Source: Neodothiora populina (Eukaryota). From it: 64,000 nucleotides of DNA. Positions 49,634-63,168 of this stretch are shown here, one piece after another (position 1 is the stretch's first letter; every line of letters starts with the position of its first letter). The translations under genes were made by a program, and so were the position numbers. The DNA is taken from contig NW_027191408.1 of the NCBI RefSeq assembly GCF_041146345.1, forward strand, positions 930,001 to 994,000. The letters are read 5' to 3'. The notes below the pieces were generated by a model. That model was not told where the DNA came from, made no database searches, and was given only the letters and a program-made list of their open reading frames with translations.

Positions 49634-52600
49634 TCAAAATCCAACTCTAAGCATCAACATCTCCCAGGCCCGACCCATCTCCTTTGTCTCCAGTGCACTT
49701 GCATCCTGATCTGGCGCCTTGGTCTTTTCTCGGGCTTTGTTCCCGTCGTTCCTCCCGTCTTCGGTCTTGGCTCTTGCCGTTTCTTTGCCTAGCGCTGCGA
49801 TGAAGCGCTCGATGGCGCCGCGGAGGGCGTGCATGTCTTCGCTGTTGATTTTCGGTTCGTTCTTTCCTGTAGGTGCGGAAGAGAAAGTCCGAGACCGCGT
49901 CGCGGAGGCAGAGGTAGGCTGGGAGGAGGAAGAGCGCAGTCGACTCCATACCTCGAGAACGGCCGCGAATACTCTCTCTATCGCGTCTCGCAGTTTCCTG
50001 TGTCTGGAGCGCAGGAACAGGCGCGTGCGGATTGCGGATAGGGTTCTTTGATGCAGTTTTTGGAGGTCGGACAGGGTTGTCTTTACTTTTCTCTTTGGGT
50101 GGGGGGTTTCGTCGTCGATGTTCGAATCGGGAGATGGAGAGGAAGAGAGATAGAAAGACTCGGTCTCGTCGACTGCGCGCATGAGGTCCCCCCAGGGCTC
50201 GGCAATGCCTATGTCGAAGATGTAGGCTGCGAGGCTCGTGATGAAGGCGTGAGAGTACATCGCGTAGGCTTGTGCTGCTTTGCTTGTCGTGTTTGCATCT
50301 GCTGCTGCTGCTGCTGCTGCTTGGGAGGAAGGAGAAAGAGAGGGCGAAGCAACGACGAGTCTCCGTAGCCCGACCACAACGTGCACCATCCTGACTACTC
50401 CCAGAACAAACCTGAACACGTCGTCGTAGTCGCTCATTATGTTGGCAGTGAAAAAGACAGTGTCTAGTGGTCGAGGAGCCTCGTACGACAGTCTCAGGAA
50501 ATCGAGCGCGTGGATCGAGTTTGGGTCTAGGATTCTTTGAATCTCGGCGTCGGTGGGGATGTTGCGGATGCTGAACGAAAGAAAGTTGTCGATTTTCCGG
50601 ACTTCTGTTGTCGCTGTGGCAGCGGACACGATACCATTGTTGCTGGTGACGGATGCGGGCTGACAAGACTCGGATAGTACGCCCATCAGAGCAAGTCTCA
50701 ATTCACTACCTCCGGGCGGCCACGAGGACGACGATGAAACATCTTCTTTTTTTTGTCCTCCCCTGCTGTCTAGCCGTAGACCCAACGGCGCGCCGCCGCC
50801 TTCTTTGCCTATGACGCTTCCCGTACGTCTTTGAGCAGTCGTCGAGTCGGCGTCGAAGAGCGCGAGCGATAGTCGATATGTGAAGAGGCCGTTGCCGAAG
50901 AGATGAAAGGAGTGCTGGATGTTCAAGTGGTGCCGTAGACCATAAGTCCCGAACAGGAGACGCATGATTGTGATGTTGAGGATGCTGGATTGGGCCTGAA
51001 GATATGGCTGCAAGGGCCCGAGAAGGGCATATCTGTTGTGCGATTCTTGTGAAGATAAAACATCTGCTGTGTGAGACAGAAGGTCGTTATTGCTATGGCC
51101 TGCACGCAACGATTGACTCTGTTGGATAGCAGAAGTGACACGGGACCGAAGAGAGTCGGACTGATCAGTTGAGGACGATTGTCTTTGATCAGGCATCTGT
51201 GAAAAGCGATCGCCCAGGTTGGCGAAGAAGACTTGTTGATGCTCGTTGTCTTCCCACGCCATGCATTCATCATCATCACCCAAATCTGAATCACCTGTCT
51301 CGGGAGTCTTCGGTATTGCACTTTGTCTCGCACCTGCGTCATATCTTCCAATCACCTTTCTGAGCTCCTCTTCATACCTGTTGACTCTTCCCAGAACTTC
51401 TTCGGCGGTAAGATGGTATGCGGCAGCATCAATATCCGGAAGCTGCACGCCCCAAGTAGCAGGGGTCAGCAAAGGATGGTCTGGATCAGACTCGTGGAGT
51501 ATACCAAGTCCAGTGACTAAGTCATCGATAACTTCCTGGTCCTCATCTGACACCATGCCTGTCAATTCCGGTGCAGTTCCCACGTTATCAGACTTGCGAA
51601 TCGACAAGCCAACCCTTTCACTAATGTCCTGCATCCAAGGTCGACCGACCCTATGCAAGATATCGAGATAGACTGCGGAGTACGGAGAGCAAGAATTCTC
51701 CAAATCCCAGACGTCTTTCTGTACAAGCTGAATAGCCTCGGTATCTGATCTTGCAGACCTGATATTGTCAACGAAAACACTCAGATCGTGGAGAACAACA
51801 CCGGTAGTCTCGAAATGGCTGACGAGCTGCAATGTGCTCTTTGCACCAGGTACATTGCTGGCAAGTTCTTGCTCCAGCACTTCGAGGATAACCTGTACGC
51901 ATCTCGCAAGGGCGACTCGAGCAGCGAGTGGGTCTTTTGATGCATATGTCCCATCGACAAACCTCCTCAGCTTGACGAACAAACCACCTATACGGCCGAG
52001 CTGTTCGACGATGCCCTCGGCGGCCATGAGCGACACGCCAGAGAACCTGACATTTGGAAGTGTCTGTGTGAAAGTAGCATTGTAACCATGTCTCTTCGTC
52101 TTGTTCTTGTCGCTTTCGTTCCACTGGAACAGCGCGCTCGAGCGGCCGGAGCCGAGAAGAGCAAGACATTTGAGGTAGAAGGCACTTTGCAACACGTCTC
52201 CCGCACCTTGTCGCCCCCGTCCATGTCTGTTACTCGAGGGTTTAGAGTACAGTCTCTCAAGCAGACCGTCGAATACTCGGTCGCCAGCTTCAGAAACATA
52301 CTTGATGCTCGACTCTGCCTTCTCTTCCTCGTTTCTGTTCTCGTCGCTACCGGTCCCTTGCATTCTCCTCTCTTCAGCAAGGAAGACATCCCACGTCCTC
52401 AACTTCGGCATGTCATTGTCCAGCTTCATAGCCCATTGCCACAGATCTCCTTCCTCTTCTCTTTGGTCTGTGTGTCCAAGACTGAATCCCTCGACATGAT
52501 CAGACTCGGGGGGACTGACACCGCCAGGCACAGCATCAAGCCCGAGTCCCTGTCCGAACTCAAACGGCCCACCGAGTCCAATATCGTCCTCGACGAGTCC

Positions 52601-52966
52601 CGGTCCAAGCCTCAACTCATTCTCATCCGCCTCTGAGCCCCGAACATCAAGATCCAAAGACAGAGACAGAGAATCGAAGAGTCCCGGCCGATACATGCCC
52701 TCTTTTACTTTGCCCCTCATGACATCCTCTCGACCCTCCTCCTTCTCTTTCTTCAGCTTTTTCACATCTCCGTCGCCTTGGAAACAGACCACCTCATTAA
52801 TGGCATCAGCGAACAGACTCTTTCTTGGATCAAAAGCACCGCGAGGAGACTGTCCACCGTTGTCTTGATCATCGTCTACTCCGCCAAACGAAGTGAAGAA
52901 TCTGGATTTCTGCCATAGGTTCCGAGTCGCGAAGGGGTTGTATGTGCTCATGCTACCATCTTCCAT
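49634..52966 (-). CDS. Gamma-tubulin complex component (Spc97/Spc98 family, GCP6-like); start uncertain
   Basis: Long intronless ORF with GRSSALFQW, HLNIQHSFHLFGNGLF, WPPGGSELRLALMGVL and ALDFLRLSYEAP. Confidence 0.78.
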   Translation of the reverse strand: MEDGSMSTYNPFATRNLWQKSRFFTSFGGVDDDQDNGGQSPRGAFDPRKSLFADAINEVVCFQGDGDVKKLKKEKEEGREDVMRGKVKEGMYRPGLFDSLSLSLDLDVRGSEADENELRLGPGLVEDDIGLGGPFEFGQGLGLDAVPGGVSPPESDHVEGFSLGHTDQREEEGDLWQWAMKLDNDMPKLRTWDVFLAEERRMQGTGSDENRNEEEKAESSIKYVSEAGDRVFDGLLERLYSKPSSNRHGRGRQGAGDVLQSAFYLKCLALLGSGRSSALFQWNESDKNKTKRHGYNATFTQTLPNVRFSGVSLMAAEGIVEQLGRIGGLFVKLRRFVDGTYASKDPLAARVALARCVQVILEVLEQELASNVPGAKSTLQLVSHFETTGVVLHDLSVFVDNIRSARSDTEAIQLVQKDVWDLENSCSPYSAVYLDILHRVGRPWMQDISERVGLSIRKSDNVGTAPELTGMVSDEDQEVIDDLVTGLGILHESDPDHPLLTPATWGVQLPDIDAAAYHLTAEEVLGRVNRYEEELRKVIGRYDAGARQSAIPKTPETGDSDLGDDDECMAWEDNEHQQVFFANLGDRFSQMPDQRQSSSTDQSDSLRSRVTSAIQQSQSLRAGHSNNDLLSHTADVLSSQESHNRYALLGPLQPYLQAQSSILNITIMRLLFGTYGLRHHLNIQHSFHLFGNGLFTYRLSLALFDADSTTAQRRTGSVIGKEGGGAPLGLRLDSRGGQKKEDVSSSSSWPPGGSELRLALMGVLSESCQPASVTSNNGIVSAATATTEVRKIDNFLSFSIRNIPTDAEIQRILDPNSIHALDFLRLSYEAPRPLDTVFFTANIMSDYDDVFRFVLGVVRMVHVVVGLRRLVVASPSLSPSSQAAAAAAADANTTSKAAQAYAMYSHAFITSLAAYIFDIGIAEPWGDLMRAVDETESFYLSSSPSPDSNIDDETPHPKRKVKTTLSDLQKLHQRTLSAIRTRLFLRSRHRKLRDAIERVFAAVLEVWSRLRSSSSQPTSASATRSRTFSSAPTGKNEPKINSEDMHALRGAIERFIAALGKETARAKTEDGRNDGNKAREKTKAPDQDASALETKEMGRAWEMLMLRVGF

Positions 52967-53044
52967 GTCGTCGTTCTTGCACTTGATGTAGGCGTTGTTT
53001 CTGGTGTCGTTGATCCTCATCGTCGTCGTCGAGCGCACCAGTCC

Positions 53045-53084
53045 GGCGTCGAAGAGCGTGTTCAGGCGTCGAAGAGCGTGTTCA
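53045..53084. repeat. Exact 20-bp tandem duplication GGCGTCGAAGAGCGTGTTCA x2
   Basis: Read directly from the sequence, just upstream of the GCP6-like ORF. Confidence 0.9.
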
Positions 53085-54164
53085 TTGTGCCATTGTTTCG
53101 CTCTTGTGGTCGTCGCTGCTATGCCTGCTGATCGAGGGTAGATGATCGCATTCGTGACTGCCCTGCACCAATCCGTGCCTTCCCCGAATCGCCAATCCCC
53201 ACAGAAGCGCGAGCTCGGATGGAAATCGTCTCGTGTAATTCGTGACGTGACTGCAGAGAGCTAATTGGTCGTAAAATCAAAGGCGGCGCGAATAGTGTTA
53301 TACAGGATAGTGTAATGTCCTGCTATCATGGACTTTCTTGTCGCTGTTGTTGTTTGTAGTTTCAATTATTGCGGGGGAGAGAAGACGCGACTTGGATGGC
53401 TTCGACTCCACGAGCTACTGTATTACCTTACTTCACTATGGGAGTACAGTAGTTTGACTCGGGAAGCCTGATATGTGATTCGTGACTTGGATCTTTATAG
53501 ATACATTTAATCCCGTACACAAGGTAATATACAGATTAATGACACGACTTAGCAGCCATCTCGAATGCGAAACAGCAGTAGCATATCTCGGTATGCGCTA
53601 CAATGCAATGCTCAGACACATGGGTCAACCTTCGCTGCGCGAGGAGCATATGAACATGCATAGCGTCACGTCAGGTCACTACTCGGGACGTTCCATACCT
53701 TTTGACAGAACATGTCGGTCGCACATACATCACAGGCAGAAAGACACAGGCAAATGAAAGGTTTATAAACATAAAGGGACATTTTCATTTCTAAACTCCC
53801 ACATTTCCTTCCACACGTGTGTCAGAATGCTGCCGAGAAACAGACACTTGACATTTGATCCGAACCCAAGGGTATTTTTTAAACAAAAACCCAAAGAATC
53901 CGGATCATCTTTGGGCCGCCGTCATTTTTGAGGTCTTTTTTGGTTGCTTTCATATCTTTGAAAATCTTCGTAGCCCATCACCGTGTATAAATCCAATATT
54001 CATTCGTCTAGGGAAAGAAACCCCCTTCAGTGCGTCACCACCAATGGCAGCGCGCACTCAAAGGGACCCCGGCTCTCTTTTTGTCGAGCGCCGGAGAGAG
54101 GATGGTGATGATCGTCATGGAAAGAAAGGAGAAGAAGTCTATCATCAAGAGGGATAGAAATCCT

Positions 54165-57043
54165 CTAGAGCTTGTCGTAGTAGTTCTCGTATCCGGGAAC
54201 CTCGGGCTTAAGACCCTTGCGCTTACGCATGGTCTCGACGACTTGACCGGGCATGGTGGCCTTGTCAAGAGGAGATCCACCGGGGAGGATCTGCCAGTGG
54301 TCGAAGACCATCTGGGGGAAGGCCTGGCCAGAGGTGGCAGCACGGAGATCGGCGTTGAAACCGAAAGACTCCTTGACGGGGAGGTAAGCCTTGACGTTGA
54401 ACAGGGGAGTTCCGGGACGCTGGGCCTCCTCGAAGACGTGACCTCTTCTGCGGGTGAGCACAGAGTAGATACCACCCATGGCGTTCTCGGGCACGGTGAT
54501 CTCGACCATGAAGACGGGCTCGAGGAGAGAGGGGTCTGCAAGGAGAGTGGCGGCGTAGAGGACACGACGAGCGGTGGGGATGATTTGACCACCACCACGG
54601 TGGATGGCATCGGCGTGGAGGGTGACATCCATGATGTTGAAGCGAACGGAGCGCATGGGCTCCTCGGCAACGGGACCTTCCTTGGTGGCCCACTGGAAAC
54701 CGGAGACGACGGAATCCTTGATTTCCTGGAGGTACTGGACGGCCTTGGTCTGGTCGACGAGCAAGTTGGCACCGTTGGTGTCGGGACCGAAGCACCAAAT
54801 CTTACGGGCGTCGGTGACGTCCCAGCCGTGCTCGTCAGCGAGGATACGGGCACGAGCCTTGAAATCGTCACGGGGTCCGATCTTGCCGGACTCGATGTCC
54901 TTGGAAACCTCCTCGGCCATGGGGGCGGCGATCATGTAGATACGGTTGTGCTTGTTGGGCGACTTGGAGAGAGCCTGCATGCGGGACTCGGCGGCAACCG
55001 ACTCACGGTACTGGACGACGGGGTCCGAGATACGGAGAGGGACACCGGCGTGGTCCTCCTCGAGATCCTTCAAGCAAATCTCCAAGTGGAGCTCACCGGC
55101 ACCGGCGACGACGTGCTCACCGGAGGGGGTGATGAAGGTAAGGACGCAAGGGTCGGACTTGGACAGACGCTTGAGACCCTCAACGAGCTTGGGAAGATCG
55201 TTGGCGTTCTTGACCTCGACGGAGCGCTGCACAACGGGGGAGACGGAGAACTTCATGACCTTCATGTTGTGGGCAGTCTCGGAGGTGGTGAGGGTACCAG
55301 ACTTGAGCAAGAACTGGTCGACACCGACGAGACCGAGAATGTTACCGGCGGGAACATCGTCGATGGGCTCGGTGTAACGACCCATCATGAGAATGGTGCG
55401 CTGGATGGACTTGATGAACAGGTCCTCCTTGCGGCCAGGGGTGTAGTTGGGGCCCTGGATGCGGACCTTGAGGCCGGAGCGGACGGTACCGGAGAAGACA
55501 CGACCGAAGGCGTAGAAACGACCCTTGTCGGAGGTTGGCACCATCTTGGAGACGTAAAGCATGAGAGTACCCTTGGCATCACAGTCACGGATGGCAATGG
55601 CGGCCTCGTCGTCGTGAGGACCCTCGTAGAGAGTCTCCATACGGTACTTCTGGGCGGTAAGAGGAGAAGGAAGGTGGAGAACCATCATCTCAAGAAGAGC
55701 ATCGGCGGCAGGAAGGAACTTCTTCATGACGACCTTGAGGAGCTGCTTGCCCTCGAGCGACTTCTCGTCACCGGTGAGCTTGATCTCGAGCTTCTCGAGG
55801 AGGGTGGGGATCTGGTCAGTCTTGAAGTTCATGACGGCGCTGAAGATTCTGAAGATGGGGTCGAGGATGAACTGGTTGAAGGCACGGGTGCCCTCGATGT
55901 CATCACCACCGTTCTTGGACCACTTCTTGGTCTTGGGGTTGAAGAAGTTGTCACCCTGAAGAGGAACTTGTCAGTCTGGTTGTTTGTGAATAGAAAAAAC
56001 AGTCTGGCTTTCTTACCCAGAGACGGTCCATCATCTTGTTCTTGTCAACACCAAACTTCTTGGCGTATCTGGTGGCGAACTGACGGATGGTGAAAGCCCA
56101 GCCGTGAAGACCGGAACCGAAGGCGATGGTACCCTTCTCGGGGTACACCTGTACATCACCGAGGGTCTTGTCGAAGTAGGTGGCAATGACGACGTTGACC
56201 GACTCGATGACACGGGAGAAGTTCTGGTACAGGTCCTCCTTGGAAACCTGGAGCTCGAGAAGAGCACGATCGACCTTGTTGATGACAACGACGGGCTTGA
56301 TACGCTCACCGAGAGCCTGGCGGAGCACAGTCTCGGTCTGAACGCACACACCCTCGACGGTGTCGACGACGACGAGAGCACCGTCGGTGACACGGAGAGC
56401 AGCAGTGACCTCGGAAGAGAAATCAACGTGACCAGGCGAGTCGATCAAGTTGATCAGGAACTCGTTCTTCTCGGTCTTGACGGGAATGTCCTTGAGGTCC
56501 TCCTCGTCCAAGAGCTGGGCGAAGAGAGAGATGGCAGTCGACTTGATAGTGACACCACGCTCCTGCTCGTCGGGACGAGTATCGGTGAAACGAGCCTCAC
56601 CGGCCTTGGCCGATGAGATGATACCGGCACGCTGGACGAGAGAGTCGGTAAGGGTGGACTTTCCGTGGTCGACTGGAGCACGCCCGATGTCAGTAGATTG
56701 CTCCATCTTATCGAATCAGAGGGATCTGCTTACCGTGGGCAATGACCGACATGTTACGGATGTTGGCCGGGTTGTCCATGAGACCACGGATCTTTGCACG
56801 AGGTTAGCAGCTATTACATTCACGGTCGCCATCATGGTTGATTTGCGCGCTACCCGATGGCGCAGGGCGTTAGAGAAATGATTCGTACCTCCTCGACGGT
56901 GAAGCTATAAGCAGAAACCTGGTCAGCAAGCTTTTTCTTCACATTTTGCCCAAATCCTTCATCGCTACCGAGACGACCTCCAAAGCCATCATTTCCATCT
57001 AATTTTTTTCATTTGGAAGAGGGGTATGCACTCACTTGACCAT
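54165..57043 (-). CDS. EFT2: Translation elongation factor 2, 5 exons
   Basis: MVN|FTVEE|IRGLMD...[22 protein letters not shown] and the diphthamide loop [13 protein letters not shown]. Confidence 0.98.
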
Positions 57044-58358
57044 CTTTGCGGTGTTGTCTTTTGAAAAGAACTTTTTTTCAGGTTGCTCTTAGGCAAAAAA
57101 GGATTCCAGAAAAAAGAACCCCGCTCTCAGTGATGCTGGAAGCGCGTCAAGCACAACCAAGTAATTTGCTGGATTGAAAGAGAGCCTGCCTGTGACAAGA
57201 GAAGAAAAACAAGTAAGCGACCCGCACAACAGTTTACACACCAGGAGAGGGGGATAGAGGGGCAGGAGAAGACTGTGTGTGTGAAGAGATGAAGCACAAG
57301 AAAGGACTGACCTGAAATGAGGCGATGGAGTCGGTGAGAGAAGAGGGCGGCGGCGAGGGTGGGCAGCAAGAAAGCCTTTCGATTTTTAGTATTTGCCCCA
57401 CTTCGAGTGGGCGCGCTAAACCAGTTTTATCCGAGCTCTTTCCGCTTACTCAACTGTCGCTGTCTGCTTTTCTGCCCGCACCTGCCCAGCCTGCCTGCCC
57501 TGTCTGCCCTCATGCCACGCTGGCGTTGCCTCAGCGAGCAGAAGGAGAAAAAAAAGGTGATCTAATCCTGTTCGCTTCGCATCACACATATTGCCTACCT
57601 TGCTTTTCCACCATTGAAACCGTAAAGTCCGGAGTCGTCAATGATAAGGCACGGATCGAATGACCACTTGCCTCTAATTCAATGATCTTGGACTCATCTC
57701 GTATTTGCTGCTGTCACTGCTGCTCCCTTGATCCCCTGCTTAGAAACATACTGTACCTTCCTGCAGTACCTGTACTCGAGCTACCCTGAAGCTCCTGATC
57801 GTTTTCACCCAAGCACTCGGAGCTGCCAGCTTGACTTGAAATAGGCGCCAAGCCCGTTACGGTAGGTACTTTGTACATGTCGTTGGGCGACAGTACCTTT
57901 TGCAGACAATTGGTTGTTTCGTGTTTCATGGTTCAGGTGATATATTGTTCATAATGTAGTGAAGCATTATGTTGCTCTTTACATGCGCTTTGCGATAGTG
58001 ATAGAAGCAGTACTGGTGTATGCTCAATCGACACCCTGCTTGCGCTCTGCTTGTGCCTATGTACTTGTAGTGCAACTAGGTACCTTGAAGAACAAGGTAC
58101 ACAAACGATACACAGTGATACACATTTAGACTGACGCTGTCCTGCAATTGATAATCCTATTACTACTACCTTATATCTCAGGTATGTATATTGACAAACC
58201 GCGTCAACAAAACGCGAGAACCTATCCCAACCATCATCCCCCAGATCTGACATTTCATATCCCTGCATTGAACCCACCCCGGTCGTGACGAAGGAAACCC
58301 ATAAACTTTATAATTTCAATACCTCTCATACCTGCATAATCCAAGGAGCACTGTTCGA

Positions 58359-61163
58359 TCAAGTGTAGATACTCTCCGTGTATGCGTTCACCTGCAGTCC
58401 CTTCTCCGCCATCTCAGCATTCTCCAGGAACCTGAGCGGCATCCAGACAAGATGACCCTTGATCTTGTCTAGATCTTTCCTGATGTCCTCGGCAGGTCTA
58501 AACTCATCGTAGAGATGTCCCTGCTTCATGTTGCCACGACGCGGTAAGAAGTTCTGATAGTCGTCAAAGGTCAGGATGTTGTCATCGGGGTCGGCATGGA
58601 ACAAGTGACGGAAGACGTCAGTGTTTGTCGTTGCTCGCGAAGTCCACAGCTCCCAGAGCTCATCAGACAGAGGATCGGCCACGAGTTGGTCATATTCGTC
58701 GCCTTCGAACCACTCGTTGGGGCCATCGTTTGGTGGCATGGCGTTGATCTCGTCCGAGGCGTCGAGATCTTGTGCCGGGAGAAGACCTAGATGCTCGCGC
58801 CAAAGCATACGACGGAGGGTCGCGGCGTGGTGGCCTGCCTTAAAGGGCTGTCCGTTCATGGTGCTGTCGAGGCTGTTTGTGTCTTGCATGACAATTGTGA
58901 GCTCCGAGTCGTGGAAACCGAGTTGAGACTAGCACAAAGTCAGTCGTTTCCACAAAGCAGTCTATGCAGATGAGAACTTACGCGATCGTTGATGTTGCTG
59001 CTTCCACACAAGACGATCCTGTCGTCCACGATGAGTACTTTGCCGTGGATGTACAGTTCCTCCTGCACCCAGTTCTCCTTCTCCGAGCTCAAATCACCAT
59101 CGCCCCATTTTTCGTCGACAAGCTTCTTTTCACCGAGCATGGCACTCTTAGCTACACTGTCGACACTGGCAACATTGTTTTCGTCGTCGTCACCTCCGTT
59201 CCTTGAAAGCCCCACCTTTTCTCTCTTGGCCTCAAATTGACGCTTGCGATCAGCCATGCGTTCCCTCTCTTCCTCGCCGTCAGAGTCGCCTTGTCCATCG
59301 CTGCTTGAATCGTCACCGTCGACTCCGTGAACACCAGAGCCCATGACCTCTTCGGCGTTGGCACGCTGTACTTCTTGGTAACTGACACCTGATTCCTCCT
59401 CCTGCTTCTTCATTGCAGGTGTCTTGTTCAGGCGGTCATACGAGCGAAGATTGAAGACGAAGATGTATTTCTCAGGGTCAATGCCCTCCTTCTTGACTTG
59501 ACCGAAGATGGAGTTCTCGCCGCGGCTGATAGATTTGTATTGGTAGTCCATGATGGCGCTATGATATAGTCAGAATTGGAGAGCACAATATGGTCAAAGA
59601 ACGCGGTCACATACCGAGTACCAGCTGCAGCGTCATCTCTCAAGTCACCAGCAAAACCAGGGATAGCTGGAATAAGGATGATGACCCTGAACTTTCTGTT
59701 TTCCTTACCGGCCTTGACGACTGCATCGACAATGGCGCGACCAATTTGGTTGTGGATCGGCGACTGGTCCTCACCAGTAGCAGTGACTGAAGAGCTGTCA
59801 GCAAACTAGATGATCGACGTCAAAACAAGACCAACTTACTGAAGAATTGGTTCTCAATGTAGACAAAGTGCTCTGCATTCCTGATTACTTCGCAGTACGC
59901 GTTCTGGATGGAGTGCTCGACAAGGATACCGCTCGACCAATCCGCACTACTCCTGCAAAGCTGGGCATGAACAGTGCCCTGGTTGTTGTCGGCATCAGGC
60001 CTGCCGGCCTTGGTAGAGATGTCCGAAATGGGATGGAAAAGATATTCGCCCACGGGATGCTTAGGCCTCTGGACTCCGACCAGATCCTCATCCTCTCCTG
60101 TGCGGCCATGTATGGTCAGCCAGTCGTAGCGCTCATCACGCTTGTACTTGTCACGCTTGCAGAAGTTCCAGCGCAGAACGAAGTGCTCTGCTATATCGTA
60201 GATGCAAGGGCCAATGACTCCCATTGCAACATCGTGCCATGGCATGCGGCCATAGTCGGCTTTGCTCAACTCGTTACTCTTCCAATCCTTTACGTCTTGG
60301 AAGTCCATGATACGATTGTTGTTGAAGTCTTGGCCAGGGAAGAGCTCGTTCTCTACACCGGCAGGGTGGACGTCGGACAATGGGTGCTGCTTCTGGTCCC
60401 AACGTCCAAAGCACAAATCGAGACCGCCGATGAAAGCAAGCTCGTAGTCAATGACGATGAATTTCTCGTGATGTGCCCAGTAAAAGGTCATGTCTCCAGC
60501 ATTCTCGAAGACGTTGTGGTCAGGATGCCTCATGACATGGATTTTGCCATATCCAGGCGAACCCTTTGGACACAAGGCGCTGAGAGCGTGCTTGGTGTGT
60601 GCAGAATTACAGGTCAATGCTTGCGATACCTCTTTGTAGACGATAACGTAGATCTCGACTCCCCGCTCTGCGGCTCTCTTCAACGTCTGATCCAAACGCC
60701 ATTCCTGATTGAAGTATGGAGGACGTCGAAGGAAGAGCTCGGGCGAGAGCCACCAATCGGCAATGTAAATGGTCTCTTTCGCTCTCTCAAGCGCGACACT
60801 GACAGCATGGAAGTAATCACGACCGTCAATGTACCACTTGATCTTGTTGCCGTCTCTCTCGGGTGCGAAGCTCTGGAAGCGATGGCCCTCGCCGATTCGA
60901 GTTCTCTTCTCGTCCGTGGCTTTTTCGTGCTCCTCGTCGTGTCGATGATTCGGGTTGATCAAGTTTTCGAACTTGCCGATCTTGTGTTTCATGTGAATGG
61001 CTCCCACCTTGAGGTCGTAGAGATGGGTATCCTTCAACTTCTCCCTCAGTTCGGGGAAGGGATGCTTGAGCTTCTCAGCGAAGCCACGAGTGGGCTCTCC
61101 GCCTGAGGGGCCAGGAGCTGCGCTGCCGCTGTCGACATGGCTGGTTCTGCCTATCAGACCCAT
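58359..61163 (-). CDS. Phospholipase D (short fungal type, no PX/PH domains), 4 exons
   Basis: Two HKD motifs (HHEKFIVID, IHGKVLIVD...GSSNINDRS), plus RMPWHD and YIENQFF. Confidence 0.93.
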
Positions 61164-63168
61164 GGTGAACGGTATGCAACACTGCTAGTAGTGTATATCG
61201 CTTTCACTGATGCGATCACAAGGGTAATCGCGCTCTCGTAACTTATTGCTGAGTTTCTTTCTGGTTGCCTTGATCGCAGTAGCAGCTGACGCTGGCATAA
61301 GATCTGGATATGTGTATGATATAGCAATACACCGATGCGGTCAGATGGTGATCGAGTGGTGCAAGAGCGGAATAATGATCGCACACTCAAGAGAAATAGC
61401 GGATTAGCTTGGCTAAATTCGAACACTGAGTCAAACCGGAGTATGGCAAGGATTGAGATAAGGTCAGGTAACAGGTAGCCAAAGGTACCTTACTTCACTA
61501 TAGCAACTTAGGAAAACGAAAGTATCTTGTAGGGGAAAGAGCACAGCTGGTTCGCACACACGTCAATGGGAAGAAACGGGAGAAAAGAGGGGGAGCGAGA
61601 ACTTAGAGGATACGGTACAGTAGATAACGAGGTGACTAAGGCATTTCTATACAAGTAGGCAACACCAAGATTATCGAATGCAAGAACCTGCTTTTGAATC
61701 AACGACTACCACCAACACGCAATGCCCAGCGATTAGCTGCGACACTTGGGAGGGTCAAAGTCAGCCTAGCGGACCTGCAGAAAGTTGTATTCGCTCCCTC
61801 TTTCTCTGCTAAAGTACCTTGCCTTACTCTGCTACAATTTAGTCGCACATCGCAGGACGATATTGATTGAATCTGCGTGCAACTTTGCACGCGCATTGGC
61901 GGGCGCCTTGCGCGTGCCCCGCTTTCGTCATCGCACAGTTTTGGAAACCCCTCTCCTTACCTTATCGAACCAGGACCCATGCCCGATCTTGAGAGTCTGC
62001 AGGAGTGGAACCGGGCGATGAAACCATTTGCACGAAATAGCTAGAAAGCATTGACCTTTGGTTCGCAAAAGAGTTTTGCGAGTCTCAACCGGTTATGTCT
62101 CCTGAACCAAGTAGTCTCTGCGCCGAGCTGTAAACAGTATTGCAGTCTTGCCAGCCTGACTTTTTTGTGTCGTGCATTAAGCAAGTATCCCTGATCAGCG
62201 GGGATGGACAGACCAGATAATTACCGACCGACCCCAAAAGAAGCCACCAGGTACGTTACACGTAGATCCTCCAACCTACCTTATCCTTGTTCCAGTGGGA
62301 TCGGTACAAGTACGATTTCGTTTTCATAGACAAATCTGCATCGATATCATTTGAATCCCATGTACAAGTACAGCCTGTTCCCCGATCTACAACATTCAGA
62401 TAGTCGACTTCGTGATGCAAACCGTAGCTTCTTCCGAGCATCGGAACGTCGAGTCAGCACTGCAACGTCCAAAGTCGAAATGCCAAGGGCAGGAAAGCGC
62501 CGAAACCCTGCCAGCCTCTATCCACCGGTTGCTACAGTTCAGTGCTACCTAAAGCAGGAAGTAGGACCTGAGCACTCATCGCGGTCTACCGAATGATAGC
62601 ATTATCGTGCCAGAGCAACACATGATTACCTTAGGTAGCTATATGGGTAGCAGAAGTAGTTCAAACAAAACATGCCACAGTCTAATGCAGACACATCTCT
62701 CCCAGCACATCGTGTTGTTTGGCTACTCAAAATCTTCCATGATTAAAGTACGTATGAACGTTGACAACCCCCATAATTGAGCCTTTTTGGCGTAATCGTC
62801 ATCATCGTTAAGATGCCTCGTGCGCCACATCAGTTTCTCCTCGAGTGTCTCCTCGAGCGTCTTGCTCCCCATCTCTGGGCTGTATATGTCGTAGAAAAAG
62901 ACAGCGGAAAAGGAGGCATGTCTCAAGTAGACGATCCAAACTGAACACTCACTCCCTTCCTAAACGCCGCATCTGAGGTCTTTCAACCGTCAAGTACATG
63001 TAAGAAACGAACACCCGCCCATGTCTAGGTACCTTGGGTAAGGTAGCTAGGGCTTCAAGGTGGAGTCGGGAAGCGTGGGCCACGCGCTCGTTCTTGGCCG
63101 ACGTCGACCCTTTTGGTAAACCGCACTCCGTACGCATCCTACCATCATCTAAAAAACATTGAGAAAAG

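Noticed and set aside
49647..50666. 339-aa Arg-rich minus-strand ORF
   Set aside because: Alternative frame within the GCP6-like CDS, low complexity.
54030..56093. 687-aa plus-strand ORF
   Set aside because: Antisense shadow of the strongly codon-biased EF-2 gene, with no independent protein features.
58356..58372. GATCAAGTGTAG resembling the U2 snRNA branch-pairing region
   Set aside because: It is the antisense of the PLD C-terminus and stop. The match breaks after GTGTAG and no other U2 elements are present.
59847..61106. 419-aa plus-strand ORF
   Set aside because: Antisense to phospholipase D exon 1; a codon-bias shadow.
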